In this document: in pieces, positions 55,646 to 64,000 of the stretch
Layout of the letters: every line of letters starts with the position of its first letter
Numbering within the stretch: position 1 is the stretch's first letter
Program-made: the position numbers and the translations under genes
Notes under the pieces: generated by a model
What the model was told of the DNA's origin: nothing
Seen by the model: only the letters and a program-made list of their open reading frames with translations
The model's database searches: none
DNA from: Minisyncoccota bacterium
GTDB taxonomy: Bacteria; Patescibacteriota; Minisyncoccia; Phycocordibacterales; UBA9973
Direction: 5' to 3'
DNA length: 64,000 nucleotides
Assembly: GCA_036405895.1 (NCBI GenBank)
Contig: DASWWS010000001.1
Coordinates: 244,468-308,467 of the forward strand

Positions 55646-56200
55646 TTATTTTGCCTTGTACACTGAGACACGAGCCGGACGGAGGATGGATTCCCCGAGC
55701 TTGTAGCCTGGCTGGAGTACGCCGGATATCGTGTGAGCGAGGCCACTGTCCTCAGTCTCAGTTTCTGACACCGCTTCGTGAAGACTTGGATCAAAACTAT
55801 CCCCCACTGCGCCAAATACGCTGAAGCCTTTATCCTTAAGAGTGTTCATCAATTGCGCATAAATGTACTCTACACCGGTGCGCCAGCTTGCATCCACCTT
55901 CTCCCAGGCTTCTTTGTTGTTCATTGCAAGCGAAAAGCTGTCGACTACCGGAAGCAGTTCTTCGATAAAGGACTCTTCAACAATGCTTCGCATGCGCTTT
56001 TTGTCTTCGTCTGCACTCTTTACGACATTTGCGTAGTCGGCTCGTGCGCGCTGCCAGCCGTCGAGATATTCAGTCTTTTCCTTTTGGAGCACCTTTATTT
56101 TCTCTTTGAGTTTTTTGAGCTGGTCAGACCCCGAGAGCTCGGTGCCGTCTTCATTGCTTTCCACTATTTCTTCATCAAATACGATTTCGTCTTCTTCCAT
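55646..56200 (-). CDS. grpE: Nucleotide exchange factor GrpE
   Basis: Coiled-coil N-half, ...YLDGWQRARADYANVVKS GrpE signature. Confidence 0.85.
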   Translation of the reverse strand: MEEDEIVFDEEIVESNEDGTELSGSDQLKKLKEKIKVLQKEKTEYLDGWQRARADYANVVKSADEDKKRMRSIVEESFIEELLPVVDSFSLAMNNKEAWEKVDASWRTGVEYIYAQLMNTLKDKGFSVFGAVGDSFDPSLHEAVSETETEDSGLAHTISGVLQPGYKLGESILRPARVSVYKAK

Positions 56201-56271
56201 ATAGCCCTGATTATACCGATTTTTGGCAATAAAAAAAGCCCAGGTTCACTGGGACTTTCTGTTGATTGTTG

Positions 56272-56637
56272 TTACCATTTAATTTTTGGTGGTGCCTGTA
56301 CGAGTTTGGAGTTCTCTAATCGTTCTATTCGTTGACGATAATTCGCATATACTTCTTTAGTCAAAGTAATTTTAGAATTATACTTTCTAAACAGAAGCGT
56401 TGCATGAGTTTCGGTTTCGATAACTTCGTCAGGTTTCTCCAAGGAAAAGATCGCCATTCCAGTCCTTGTTTTCTGCTCAAAAGAAATTGTATCCTTTATA
56501 GCAATAATTTCAGGGACTGAACGATAATCTTTGTTACCCGTCTGGGCAAATAGTCTGATGCTTGCGGTGAAGCAAAAGAGCAATACCATAGTGAATTTCA
56601 TATAGATTTGTTTTAAGAACAGTGATACGTAGTCCAT
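56272..56637 (-). CDS. Secreted hypothetical protein
   Basis: Signal peptide MKFTMVLLFCFTASIRLFAQ. Confidence 0.35.
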   Translation of the reverse strand: MDYVSLFLKQIYMKFTMVLLFCFTASIRLFAQTGNKDYRSVPEIIAIKDTISFEQKTRTGMAIFSLEKPDEVIETETHATLLFRKYNSKITLTKEVYANYRQRIERLENSKLVQAPPKIKW

Positions 56638-56707
56638 AGCGTGCTTATTTAACTTTATTTATTATATCATTTATATAATAAAAGTCAATATATCATCATA
56701 TAAACAA

Positions 56708-56736
56708 AAACACCCCCGCTTGGGGGTGTTTTTGAG
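56708..56736. terminator. Intrinsic terminator after rpsI
   Basis: CACCCCC-gctt-GGGGGTG + TTTTTG. Confidence 0.65.
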
Positions 56737-56739
56737 AGA

Positions 56740-57144
56740 TTAACGCTTTGACCACTGTCCGGCTTTTCGAGCCTTCTTGAGACCGAATTTGCGGCGTTCT
56801 TTTGCGCGGGGATCGCGCTTGAGGAAGCCGTCGGTTTTGAGCTTGGTCTTGTCTTCTTCGTTCTCTTTAACGAGAGCACGAGAGATGCCGTGGCGCACTG
56901 CTTCTGCTTGAGAGTGAATACCACTTCCCTTCACGTGTACTGAAACGCCATATGACACTCCTACAGTCTTGAAAGGGTCAGTAACAATCTTCTGCAATTC
57001 TTCTGTTGGGAAGTAGGTTGCAAGGTCTTTGTCGTTGATTGTGTAAGACTCTTTTGTACCGAGCATCAAGCGAACGCGAGCGGTTGCAGTCTTGCGGCGG
57101 CCGATAGCTTCAGTGTATTTCTTTTTTGTAGTAGTTTTTTCCAT
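56740..57144 (-). CDS. rpsI: 30S ribosomal protein S9
   Basis: GRRKTATARVRL..., C-terminal ...GLKKARKAGQWSKR. Confidence 0.9.
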   Translation of the reverse strand: MEKTTTKKKYTEAIGRRKTATARVRLMLGTKESYTINDKDLATYFPTEELQKIVTDPFKTVGVSYGVSVHVKGSGIHSQAEAVRHGISRALVKENEEDKTKLKTDGFLKRDPRAKERRKFGLKKARKAGQWSKR

Positions 57145-57163
57145 AGTATATAAATTCTCGAGA

Positions 57164-57508
57164 TTAATCAGTTACAGTGAGAGACTTCATCATTTCATTG
57201 CGAAGCTTGTTGTTAGGGAGCATGCCTTTTACAGCGAGCGTTACCACCTCACGGTAGCCTTTCTTCTCCACAACATGGGCCATGCTGGACTTCTTCAATC
57301 CGCCTGGATATCCACTGAAAGAGAGGTAGGTCTTTTCGATCATTTTCTGTCCTGGCACTTTGAGCTTGCCTGCATTGGTTACTTCAACAGTATTTCCTGA
57401 AAGATTGTTCTTTGTGAAGTTCACAGAGTTCTTGCCCATCAAAAGCACAGCTACTTCTGTAGCGAGGCGTCCGAGTGATTTTCCTGTTGCGTCGATAGTG
57501 TAATTCAT
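57164..57508 (-). CDS. rplM: 50S ribosomal protein L13
   Basis: IDATGKSLGRLATEVAVLLMGKN L13 N-terminus. Confidence 0.85.
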   Translation of the reverse strand: MNYTIDATGKSLGRLATEVAVLLMGKNSVNFTKNNLSGNTVEVTNAGKLKVPGQKMIEKTYLSFSGYPGGLKKSSMAHVVEKKGYREVVTLAVKGMLPNNKLRNEMMKSLTVTD

Positions 57509-57518
57509 AGTGATAAGA

Positions 57519-57875
57519 TTATTGAACGAATTCGATTACTGCCATAGGACTTGCGTCGCTCTTGCGGAGTGCAAGCTTGATGATGCGGGTGTACCCTCCA
57601 TCACGCGTTGCATAGCGAGGCGCAATGTCTGAGATAAGCTTTGTTGCAACAGCTTCGTTGTTGTAAAAGCCTCCGAGGAGCAAGCGGCGGTTTGCAAGAG
57701 TTGGGTTCTTTGCCTTGGTAACCATTTTCTCAACAGCTGGGCGAAGTTCTTTTGCCTTTGCTTCAGTCGTCATAATGCGACCGTGAGTAATCAAAGATGC
57801 AGCAAGCCCCTTCAAAAGAGCTGAACGCTGGTTCTTTGGTCGGCCGAATTTTCTGTTTGCATTATGGTGTCGCAT
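57519..57875 (-). CDS. rplQ: 50S ribosomal protein L17
   Basis: MRHHNANRKFGRPKNQRSALLKGLAASLITHGRIMTTEAKAKELRP. Confidence 0.9.
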   Translation of the reverse strand: MRHHNANRKFGRPKNQRSALLKGLAASLITHGRIMTTEAKAKELRPAVEKMVTKAKNPTLANRRLLLGGFYNNEAVATKLISDIAPRYATRDGGYTRIIKLALRKSDASPMAVIEFVQ

Positions 57876-57903
57876 GATAAAATTGAGTCTGTACTATAGC
57901 GTA

Positions 57904-58911
57904 TTAATCCTTCAAAGACAAGTTAAAGACTGCGAGGGCTTCGCGGATTTCTGTAATCCCCTTGTCTCCAATGCCGTCAATCTCCAAAAGGTCTGTTACG
58001 TGCTTGCGTGCAATACCCCCTACAGTGCGGATATTTGCCGCTGAGAGCGCGTTGAGCGTGCGAGTTGAGAGTCCGATAGAGTCGATGCGGTTCTTGAGCA
58101 CATCGGTCACATCAACACCGTCTTCTTCGCTACCAGCTGGTGCTGAATCTTCTTCGCTTTCAAGCGCTGCAACTGGTGCCTTTGCAGCTACTGTTGCCTG
58201 AACTGCGGCAATCACTTCTCCTGAGTCAACTGACACAATAGCAGCGAGCTGGTCGATCATAGTGCGCACTGAAGACTCCAATGCTTCTCGGGGAGAAAGA
58301 GTACCATCAGTTTCGATAGTCATTCGAAGGCGGTTAAAGTTTGTCTTGTCGCCAACGCGCATTTCTTCTACGTCGTAGCTTACGCGGCGAATTGGAGAGA
58401 AAATAGCATCGAGAAAGATTGTACCGATGTCAGCTTTTTGCTTGTGGTGTGCATCGCGAGAAACAAATCCAAGACCGCGCTCGATAGTGAGCTCGATGTT
58501 GAGACCAACTTTCCCAGTGATTTCGCAAATGTACTGCTCTGGGTTTGCAACAGATACAGCACCGTTTGCAGTGATGTCAGCTGCTGTTACCATTTTCGGG
58601 CCCTTTGCTGAAAGGACAACAGTTGCAGGCTCGTCAGTTGCAAGACCAAAGCGAATGTTCTTGAGGTTCAAAAGAATAGTAATGACATCTTCTTTAACGC
58701 CATCCATTGTGGAAAATTCGTGAGAAACACCATCAATCTTTACCGCAGTCACTGCAGCACCTTCAAGAGATGAAAGAATAATGCGGCGGAGAGAGTTTCC
58801 AAGGGTGTAGCCGTAACCTGGTACGAGACCGTCGATTTCGAATACGCCTTTGTTTGCTTCTTCAAGTACTGCTTTTGGTTTTGATGGGAGGAGGATAGTT
58901 TGTTCGCTCAT
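57904..58911 (-). CDS. rpoA: DNA-directed RNA polymerase subunit alpha
   Basis: GYGYTLGNSLRRILLSSLEG N-domain; C-terminal alphaCTD; start trimmed to MSEQTIL ATG at 58911. Confidence 0.9.
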   Translation of the reverse strand: MSEQTILLPSKPKAVLEEANKGVFEIDGLVPGYGYTLGNSLRRIILSSLEGAAVTAVKIDGVSHEFSTMDGVKEDVITILLNLKNIRFGLATDEPATVVLSAKGPKMVTAADITANGAVSVANPEQYICEITGKVGLNIELTIERGLGFVSRDAHHKQKADIGTIFLDAIFSPIRRVSYDVEEMRVGDKTNFNRLRMTIETDGTLSPREALESSVRTMIDQLAAIVSVDSGEVIAAVQATVAAKAPVAALESEEDSAPAGSEEDGVDVTDVLKNRIDSIGLSTRTLNALSAANIRTVGGIARKHVTDLLEIDGIGDKGITEIREALAVFNLSLKD

Positions 58912-58960
58912 GGTGTTATATAATACAATTATTTTGTAATTATTGCAATGGTGTGTTCTA

Positions 58961-59572
58961 TTATCGGCTATAGAACTCAAGAACGGTGTCGAGCTGCAAG
59001 AACTGTTCGTCGTTTTTTGGTTTCGCTACCACCTCTGCTGTCAGAGACTCAGGCGTGAGCTTGAGCCAAGTAGGCCAGGTGTAGTCTTTTACTTTTGTAC
59101 TAAAATCGGTGAAAATCGGGCTTTTACGTGAACCTTCACGCACCGCAATAACATCGCCTACGTGAATCTGCTGACTCGGGATCGTAGACTTCTTGCCGTT
59201 GACGGTAAAGTGGCCGTGGCTTGCGAGCTGGCGCGCGAAACGGCGGGTTCCAGCAAAACCAAGGCGGTAAATAACGTTGTCGAGACGGTTTTCAAGCTGC
59301 TCGTAGAGTTTGTCGGTTACCGGCATCCCCTTCACGTGGGTTGCTGTTTCAACATAGTTCCCCAGCTGGCGCTCGCTAATGCCGTATGAGAAGCGCACTT
59401 TCTGCTTCTCAATAAGCTGAGTACCGTAGTCGCTCATAGCCTTTGGGCGCTTGCCCTTTGTTGTTGTGCGAGTTTTCTTGTCTGCACTGGTAACATATTT
59501 TGCGGTCTGGCATTTTTCGAACATTCCTGCTCCCAGACGGCGGCACATTTTGTATTTTGCGATAGTATTCAT
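58961..59572 (-). CDS. rpsD: 30S ribosomal protein S4
   Basis: KMCRRLG...; S4 domain LDNVIYRLGFAGTRRFARQLASHGHFTVNG. Confidence 0.9.
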   Translation of the reverse strand: MNTIAKYKMCRRLGAGMFEKCQTAKYVTSADKKTRTTTKGKRPKAMSDYGTQLIEKQKVRFSYGISERQLGNYVETATHVKGMPVTDKLYEQLENRLDNVIYRLGFAGTRRFARQLASHGHFTVNGKKSTIPSQQIHVGDVIAVREGSRKSPIFTDFSTKVKDYTWPTWLKLTPESLTAEVVAKPKNDEQFLQLDTVLEFYSR

Positions 59573-59578
59573 AAAATT

Positions 59579-60013
59579 TTAAACTCTTCGAGGTTTCTTA
59601 GGCTTTGGACCGTTGTGCGGAACCGGTGTTTCGTCGCGAATACCGAGAAGCTCGATTCCTGTTCCTACGAATCCGCGAATCAATGGCTCACGGCCGCTTC
59701 CGACTCCTTTCACCAGTACGCGGCACTCCTTGATGCCAAGCACAGTAGCTTTTTCAGAGAGGATTTCTCCTACCTTTGATGCAGCAAATGGAGTTCCCTT
59801 TTTTGCACCCTTAAAGCCAAGAGATCCGGCTGAAGACCAGAAAAGGACGTTCCCCTTAAGGTCGCTTACCACGGCTTTAGTGTTGTTAAATGTCGCTTCA
59901 ATAGCAAGGATACAGGTAGTAACCTTCTTTTTTGGTGTACGCGCGCCTTGGCGAGTGCGAGCATTCGCATCTACCAACTGTCCTTCTTGTGTTGCAATTC
60001 TTTTTTTACCCAT
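59579..60013 (-). CDS. rpsK: 30S ribosomal protein S11
   Basis: KKKVTTCILAIEATFNNTKAVVSDLKGNVLFWSSAG. Confidence 0.9.
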   Translation of the reverse strand: MGKKRIATQEGQLVDANARTRQGARTPKKKVTTCILAIEATFNNTKAVVSDLKGNVLFWSSAGSLGFKGAKKGTPFAASKVGEILSEKATVLGIKECRVLVKGVGSGREPLIRGFVGTGIELLGIRDETPVPHNGPKPKKPRRV

Positions 60014-60024
60014 ACTACTATTGA

Positions 60025-60405
60025 TTATGTTTTACTTTCCTTACGACGTCCGCTTCCCATCGTGTTTCGAACGTTTCCACGAACAGTACGAGAGTTGGTC
60101 TTGGTGCGCTGGCCGTTTACCGGAAGGCGCTTGGTGTGGCGAGTGCCGCGGTAGCATTTGATATCTTTGAGGCGCTTTACGTTTCCAGAGATTTCGCGCT
60201 TGAGGTTTCCTTCGATAGTGCGTTCTTCAACGTCCTTACGGATTGCAGCTTCCTGCTCAAGCGTTACGTCAGCACCCTTTGTTTCAGGAGTTACTCCGTT
60301 TGCAAGGAGGATTTTTGTTGCTGTGACACGTCCAATACCATAAAGGGTAGTGAGTCCGATGTCGAGTCTTTTTTCATTAGGGATGTTGATTCCGAGGATA
60401 CGCAT
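60025..60405 (-). CDS. rpsM: 30S ribosomal protein S13
   Basis: MRILGINIPNEKRLDIGLTTLYGIG. Confidence 0.9.
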   Translation of the reverse strand: MRILGINIPNEKRLDIGLTTLYGIGRVTATKILLANGVTPETKGADVTLEQEAAIRKDVEERTIEGNLKREISGNVKRLKDIKCYRGTRHTKRLPVNGQRTKTNSRTVRGNVRNTMGSGRRKESKT

Positions 60406-60408
60406 GGT

Positions 60409-60519
60409 TTATTGTTTTTGCTTATGTTTTGGGTTATCGCAAATCACCACCAAATGCCGATTGCGCTTTACAATCTTACACTTATCGCACATTTTTTTAA
60501 CGGTTGATTTGACTTTCAT
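60409..60519 (-). CDS. rpmJ: 50S ribosomal protein L36 (found by manual translation; below ORF-track cutoff)
   Basis: [37 protein letters not shown]-x2-C...C...H zinc ribbon. Confidence 0.8.
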   Translation of the reverse strand: MKVKSTVKKMCDKCKIVKRNRHLVVICDNPKHKQKQ

Positions 60520-60580
60520 ACAAAATAATAATATTGAAAAATTCGGACACAAAATCGAGTCGCGGCCTAGTATACACTAT

Positions 60581-60790
60581 CTACATTCTCCTGACAATAC
60601 GCCCCTTTCCCCCGTAGGGGTCAATGATCACTTCAACAGTGTCACCGACCAATACTTTGATGCGGTGCAGTCTCATTTTGCCAGCCAAATAGGCGACAAG
60701 AACGGTGCCGTTTTCAAGTTCCACTCGAAACATAGTGTTAGGAAGTGCTTCTTGAATTGTGCCTCGAACTGATTCTGCTTGTGTTTGCAT
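60581..60790 (-). CDS. infA: Translation initiation factor IF-1
   Basis: [51 protein letters not shown]. Confidence 0.85.
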   Translation of the reverse strand: MQTQAESVRGTIQEALPNTMFRVELENGTVLVAYLAGKMRLHRIKVLVGDTVEVIIDPYGGKGRIVRRM

Positions 60791-60836
60791 GTGTTACAAG
60801 GGACACTATACTAGAATTCCCCGAAGCGGTCAACTG

Positions 60837-62105
60837 TTAGTTGACTACTACCGTTATACGGTCTTGATTGCTTGGGAAAAAGGGTGCCCAAAACGGATAT
60901 AGTGTGTATCGCGCCTCCTCTATTTCAGCCACTTCTTGAAGTGCTGTGGTGAAAGAGCGCCGTGGAACTCCTAAAACAGCCTGTGCCACTTTTTCGGTGT
61001 TCACGTTCGTAATAAGAGTGCCGGTGCCTGAAAGCGAGATAGTAAGCGTGTCGGGAACCTTGCTCGCATCTGTTGGAATGGCAGAAATTGGCTCGACTTC
61101 AATATCGCCAAGTGCAGGAATAGAAACAGCCGGGTAGGTATGGTCGCTCACTACTTTTGCCGCAATAGCGCTTTCAAGCAAGTCGCGTCGAATCAGGTAC
61201 GATACCATTGTTCCGGAAATGCTCGCCGGGAACTTGATGTCGTTTCCTTTGATGGTAAGCGAGTCACGATCAATCGTAATAAATTGCAAGTTGGGGAACG
61301 TAATATATTCGCCAGGGATTGCCGCACGGGTCTCGCGCTTTAATTTTTCTGCCAAGTCGGCCTGGAGAGAGAGAATTGCTTCCTCTTTGTCGCTTTCGGT
61401 CAATACATGAGCCATGCCCGCTTCCCCACCCGTAATGGCGCCGGCGCTTCGCGCATAAATCTGCTTGCTGGTGTAGCCTGCCACCGTAAAGCTTGTGCCG
61501 TCGGTATTGTAGCTCTCTCCAACATCAGCCGCAGTCACTGTCACTTGAGGGCTTGTCCCCGCCTTCTTTACTTTGCTCACTGTGGTATAGCCTGGAATTG
61601 TTACCGCAGACTGAGTGATGTATTTCTTGCCATTTGCCGCCGTCAGCGTTGTTCCGCTTTTAATAGTTACATTTTTTGTACTGTTTTCATTGAAAAGCAC
61701 CACCTTCCCCGATGCTTTTGTATTGCTCTGCTGCAACGCGGACGCATAGATTTGGCGAGTAACATCGGTTGTCACCACCATTGCCTGAAATGACAATCGG
61801 TCTGCATCTGCTGTTTTTTCTTCGGCCATATCAAGCTGCAGTGAATCAAAGGAGAATGGAATGTGCCGCTCGGTCACTGTCACTCGTGCATGCACGAGCT
61901 TCATGCCCACAACATACAAGAGTGCGATAAATATCACGGCCCCAGCAACCACTGCAAGCGAGCGCCACGAAAACTTTTTTCGCGGAATACGGCTTCGACC
62001 GGTGCTCTGCAATTCTTCCGGGTACTCTGGAGTGTTTACTTCTTCGATTACTGTGCCGTTTTTTTCAAGTTCTTCTTTGCGGATAACGTCGTAGAGTTTC
62101 ATCAT
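60837..62105 (-). CDS. Membrane-anchored (cytoplasmic N-tail, single TM) large extracytoplasmic protein, hypothetical
   Basis: TM at ~aa 50-70; T/S/V-rich beta-like ectodomain. Confidence 0.4.
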   Translation of the reverse strand: MMKLYDVIRKEELEKNGTVIEEVNTPEYPEELQSTGRSRIPRKKFSWRSLAVVAGAVIFIALLYVVGMKLVHARVTVTERHIPFSFDSLQLDMAEEKTADADRLSFQAMVVTTDVTRQIYASALQQSNTKASGKVVLFNENSTKNVTIKSGTTLTAANGKKYITQSAVTIPGYTTVSKVKKAGTSPQVTVTAADVGESYNTDGTSFTVAGYTSKQIYARSAGAITGGEAGMAHVLTESDKEEAILSLQADLAEKLKRETRAAIPGEYITFPNLQFITIDRDSLTIKGNDIKFPASISGTMVSYLIRRDLLESAIAAKVVSDHTYPAVSIPALGDIEVEPISAIPTDASKVPDTLTISLSGTGTLITNVNTEKVAQAVLGVPRRSFTTALQEVAEIEEARYTLYPFWAPFFPSNQDRITVVVN

Positions 62106-62122
62106 GCAAGTATTGTATTACA

Positions 62123-63355
62123 TCACTCAACCAATAAAAAGCTTTCAACAAACAAGAGTCCTACACCAAGAGGTATGTCGAGTGCAGTATCAGGCGCACT
62201 CTTCACAGATTTTTCAAGTGTTTCTGTTGTAACGATTGTCGAAGAGATTGGTGTATTCGAACGGTGCGCAAGGTACGGGTCGGTAGTGATAGCGCGCTGC
62301 ACAAGCTGTACAAAATGCGGGTCTACAACGGTGAACCATTGCGGCGGAAGCGTGAAGCCGTAGTGTCCCTCATCAATAACGCTTTGCAAGCCTTTCTGCC
62401 AGGTAGCGGTAAATGCGGCAAGAGACTTTTCGACAGTTTGCTTGGCGCCGTCCGAGAGCTTTTGCAATCCATAACTTTCAAGGACCGAAATTGCCTCAGC
62501 AGCAGTGTGATTCCCTTCGGCGGAAAGTGCGCGATAGAGCTCGTAGGTGCCCACAGGAAATGAGTGCTGGTATAAAAAGAGTTCGTCTTTGATGAAGGCG
62601 ACATCAGTCACCTCTTCTCCAACGTCTACAATCACGCTCTCATGTGTTGCCGCAGCACGGCTTCGCAAGCTCACAAACGTTGCGTACGCACTTGTCGTAA
62701 TACCGATTGGGCGTGTGCCGTACAAACGCTTAAGCAGGTCCGTAAACTGGTCCAATACTTTTTTCGGTGCAATAGTAACCGTCAAATACACCTCTATGGA
62801 TGTTGCGCGCTTGCCGTAGGGTGTGTGCGTCACATAGCCGTTGAGCTTTATCAAAGAGAGCTGCTTTTCAACAATAGAGTACTCGGTCCCCAGTGCACCA
62901 AAGCGGTCCGTTTCGTTTTTCAAAATGTATTCGATTTCCTTATCGACAAGACTGTGCACGAGCTTTTCCGTACAGACAAAAGGAGTGGGCTTATTAAAAA
63001 AAATGGTGCGGGTCTGGGAGGTGTACCACGGAGATGCAAGGACAACCTGAATATATTCCGGATGATGCACATCGCGCTTACGGATATCGGTCGCTACGGT
63101 CTCCAGACCCTTCAGTGCTTCTGCGACAAAGCGCTCAATATTGAGTTCAGTCTGTAGGGGCGCTTGCGTGCGTGATTGCGCAAGCACTGCAGCTTTTTCA
63201 ACAAGAGGGATTTCCCCATGTGCAGCTTTTTTAATCAGCGCATGCGCACCACCGACGCTGCTTGAGCTGATATCAAACACTGCAACAGGAATGCTTCGCA
63301 CTTTCGGAATGGACATGAATACAGTATACGAGAGAAAGTACAAAGTCGAAAGCAA
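62123..63355 (-). CDS. Actin-like ATPase fold protein (FtsA/PilM-like), tentative
   Basis: N-terminal VAVFDISSSSVGGA resembles phosphate-1 motif of FtsA/PilM; ~400 aa. Confidence 0.35.
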   Translation of the reverse strand: MLSTLYFLSYTVFMSIPKVRSIPVAVFDISSSSVGGAHALIKKAAHGEIPLVEKAAVLAQSRTQAPLQTELNIERFVAEALKGLETVATDIRKRDVHHPEYIQVVLASPWYTSQTRTIFFNKPTPFVCTEKLVHSLVDKEIEYILKNETDRFGALGTEYSIVEKQLSLIKLNGYVTHTPYGKRATSIEVYLTVTIAPKKVLDQFTDLLKRLYGTRPIGITTSAYATFVSLRSRAAATHESVIVDVGEEVTDVAFIKDELFLYQHSFPVGTYELYRALSAEGNHTAAEAISVLESYGLQKLSDGAKQTVEKSLAAFTATWQKGLQSVIDEGHYGFTLPPQWFTVVDPHFVQLVQRAITTDPYLAHRSNTPISSTIVTTETLEKSVKSAPDTALDIPLGVGLLFVESFLLVE

Positions 63356-63398
63356 TTTACACTCACCTAACGAGGACGGTCCTCGTTAGGTGAAGATT

Positions 63399-64000
63399 TT
63401 AGGAAAGGGTTGCCTTGATGCGGCGAATGCCGGCAGATGATGCCTCTTCTTTGAGGATGCGGAAAGTGCCGAGAGCGCCCGTGTGTTCAACATGTGGGCC
63501 TCCGCAAAATTCTTTTGATACGGCATTGCCGTTTTTATCTTCAATGGAGTACACGCTGACAATATCCGGATACGTTGTGCCAAATTCCATTTCAGCGCCA
63601 ATACTCTCAGCATCTGCTTTTGGCATTTCTCTTCGAACAACGCTGTAGTCGTTTGCAATGATATCGTTTACCCACGCTTCGATGTCGTGTTTTTCTTCTT
63701 CGGTGAGCTTGCGGTCAAGATTAAAGTCGATGCGAAGGCGCTCATCGGTGATGTTTGACCCTTTTTGATGAATATCAGGACTGATAAGAGTTTGAAGCGC
63801 TGCAAGAAGCAGGTGGTGTGCTGTGTGAAGCTTTGTAGTCATCTCTGTAGCACCGGAAAGCCCGCCTTTGAACTTTTGCTCGGCACCCGCGCGCGATGCT
63901 GCCTGGTGCGCCATCATGCGCTCGTTGAATGCCGCAACATCCACTTCCCATTCCTTTTCTTTCGCAAGTTCGAGCGTGAGCTCTATCGGAAAGCCGTAGG
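63399..64000 (-). CDS. alaS: Alanyl-tRNA synthetase, 3' portion (editing domain); 5' end outside window
   Basis: LHTAHHLLLAALQTLISPDIHQKGS, EFCGGPHVEHTGALGTFRI..AAGIRRI; frame stays open upstream of the GTG the ORF track used as start. Confidence 0.75.
   Translation of the reverse strand, partial: YGFPIELTLELAKEKEWEVDVAAFNERMMAHQAASRAGAEQKFKGGLSGATEMTTKLHTAHHLLLAALQTLISPDIHQKGSNITDERLRIDFNLDRKLTEEEKHDIEAWVNDIIANDYSVVRREMPKADAESIGAEMEFGTTYPDIVSVYSIEDKNGNAVSKEFCGGPHVEHTGALGTFRILKEEASSAGIRRIKATLS

Noticed and set aside
63942-63944. Start of the last ORF reported as M
   Set aside because: The codon is GTG and the frame stays open to the window edge, so the gene (alaS) is treated as 5'-partial, not starting here. 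ORF-track starts may in general be GTG/TTG.
1-64000. CRISPR arrays, rRNA and tRNA genes
   Set aside because: No regularly spaced direct repeats seen. Intergenic regions were scanned for tRNA hallmarks (GTTCGAATC / TAGCTCAGT-type T- and D-loop motifs) and none were found. Small RNAs cannot be excluded without a covariance-model search.

Overview
The 64-kb window looks like part of a small, gene-dense bacterial chromosome. Coding density is high, with short intergenic gaps, frequent start/stop overlaps and many stem-loop plus T-run terminators. The gene content is consistent with a reduced-genome bacterium of the Candidate Phyla Radiation / Patescibacteria type. That is an inference from the short archaeal-type AspRS, three tandem type IV pilins, a trimmed dcw cluster (mraY-ftsW-murG without murD) and the many small membrane or secreted proteins. 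I recognised no rRNA, tRNA or CRISPR array by eye.

Recognisable housekeeping content:
- the infA-rpmJ-rpsM-rpsK-rpsD-rpoA-rplQ operon plus rplM-rpsI
- grpE ... dnaK-dnaJ
- aminoacyl-tRNA synthetases lysS, aspS, trpS, cysS and a partial alaS
- dnaB-recR, scpA-scpB, mraY-ftsW-murG and rplU
- rsmI, an S41 peptidase (ctpA), rplI and rpmA
- mpg glycosylase, cyclophilin, pterin dehydratase and an ECF sigma factor
- PadR with a PspC-domain protein, lexA, yihY and corA
- two heterodimeric ABC exporter pairs, an ABC-F ATPase and an orphan histidine kinase
- a SpeH-SpeE (AdoMetDC-spermidine synthase) fusion

Accessory and unusual content:
- a tandem triplet of prepilin-type pilins next to secreted PG-binding, CAP-domain and Ada-Zn-like proteins
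- a low-GC patch at 8.7-11.3 kb with small ORFs (HTH, UVR-domain) and an orphan terminator
- a strongly AT-rich two-gene island at 21.1-22.9 kb beside the lexA operon; the two proteins match no family I recognise, and this is the best candidate for an undescribed accessory (defence or toxin-antitoxin-like) module

I worked without any homology search, so family calls from motifs are strong only where stated.
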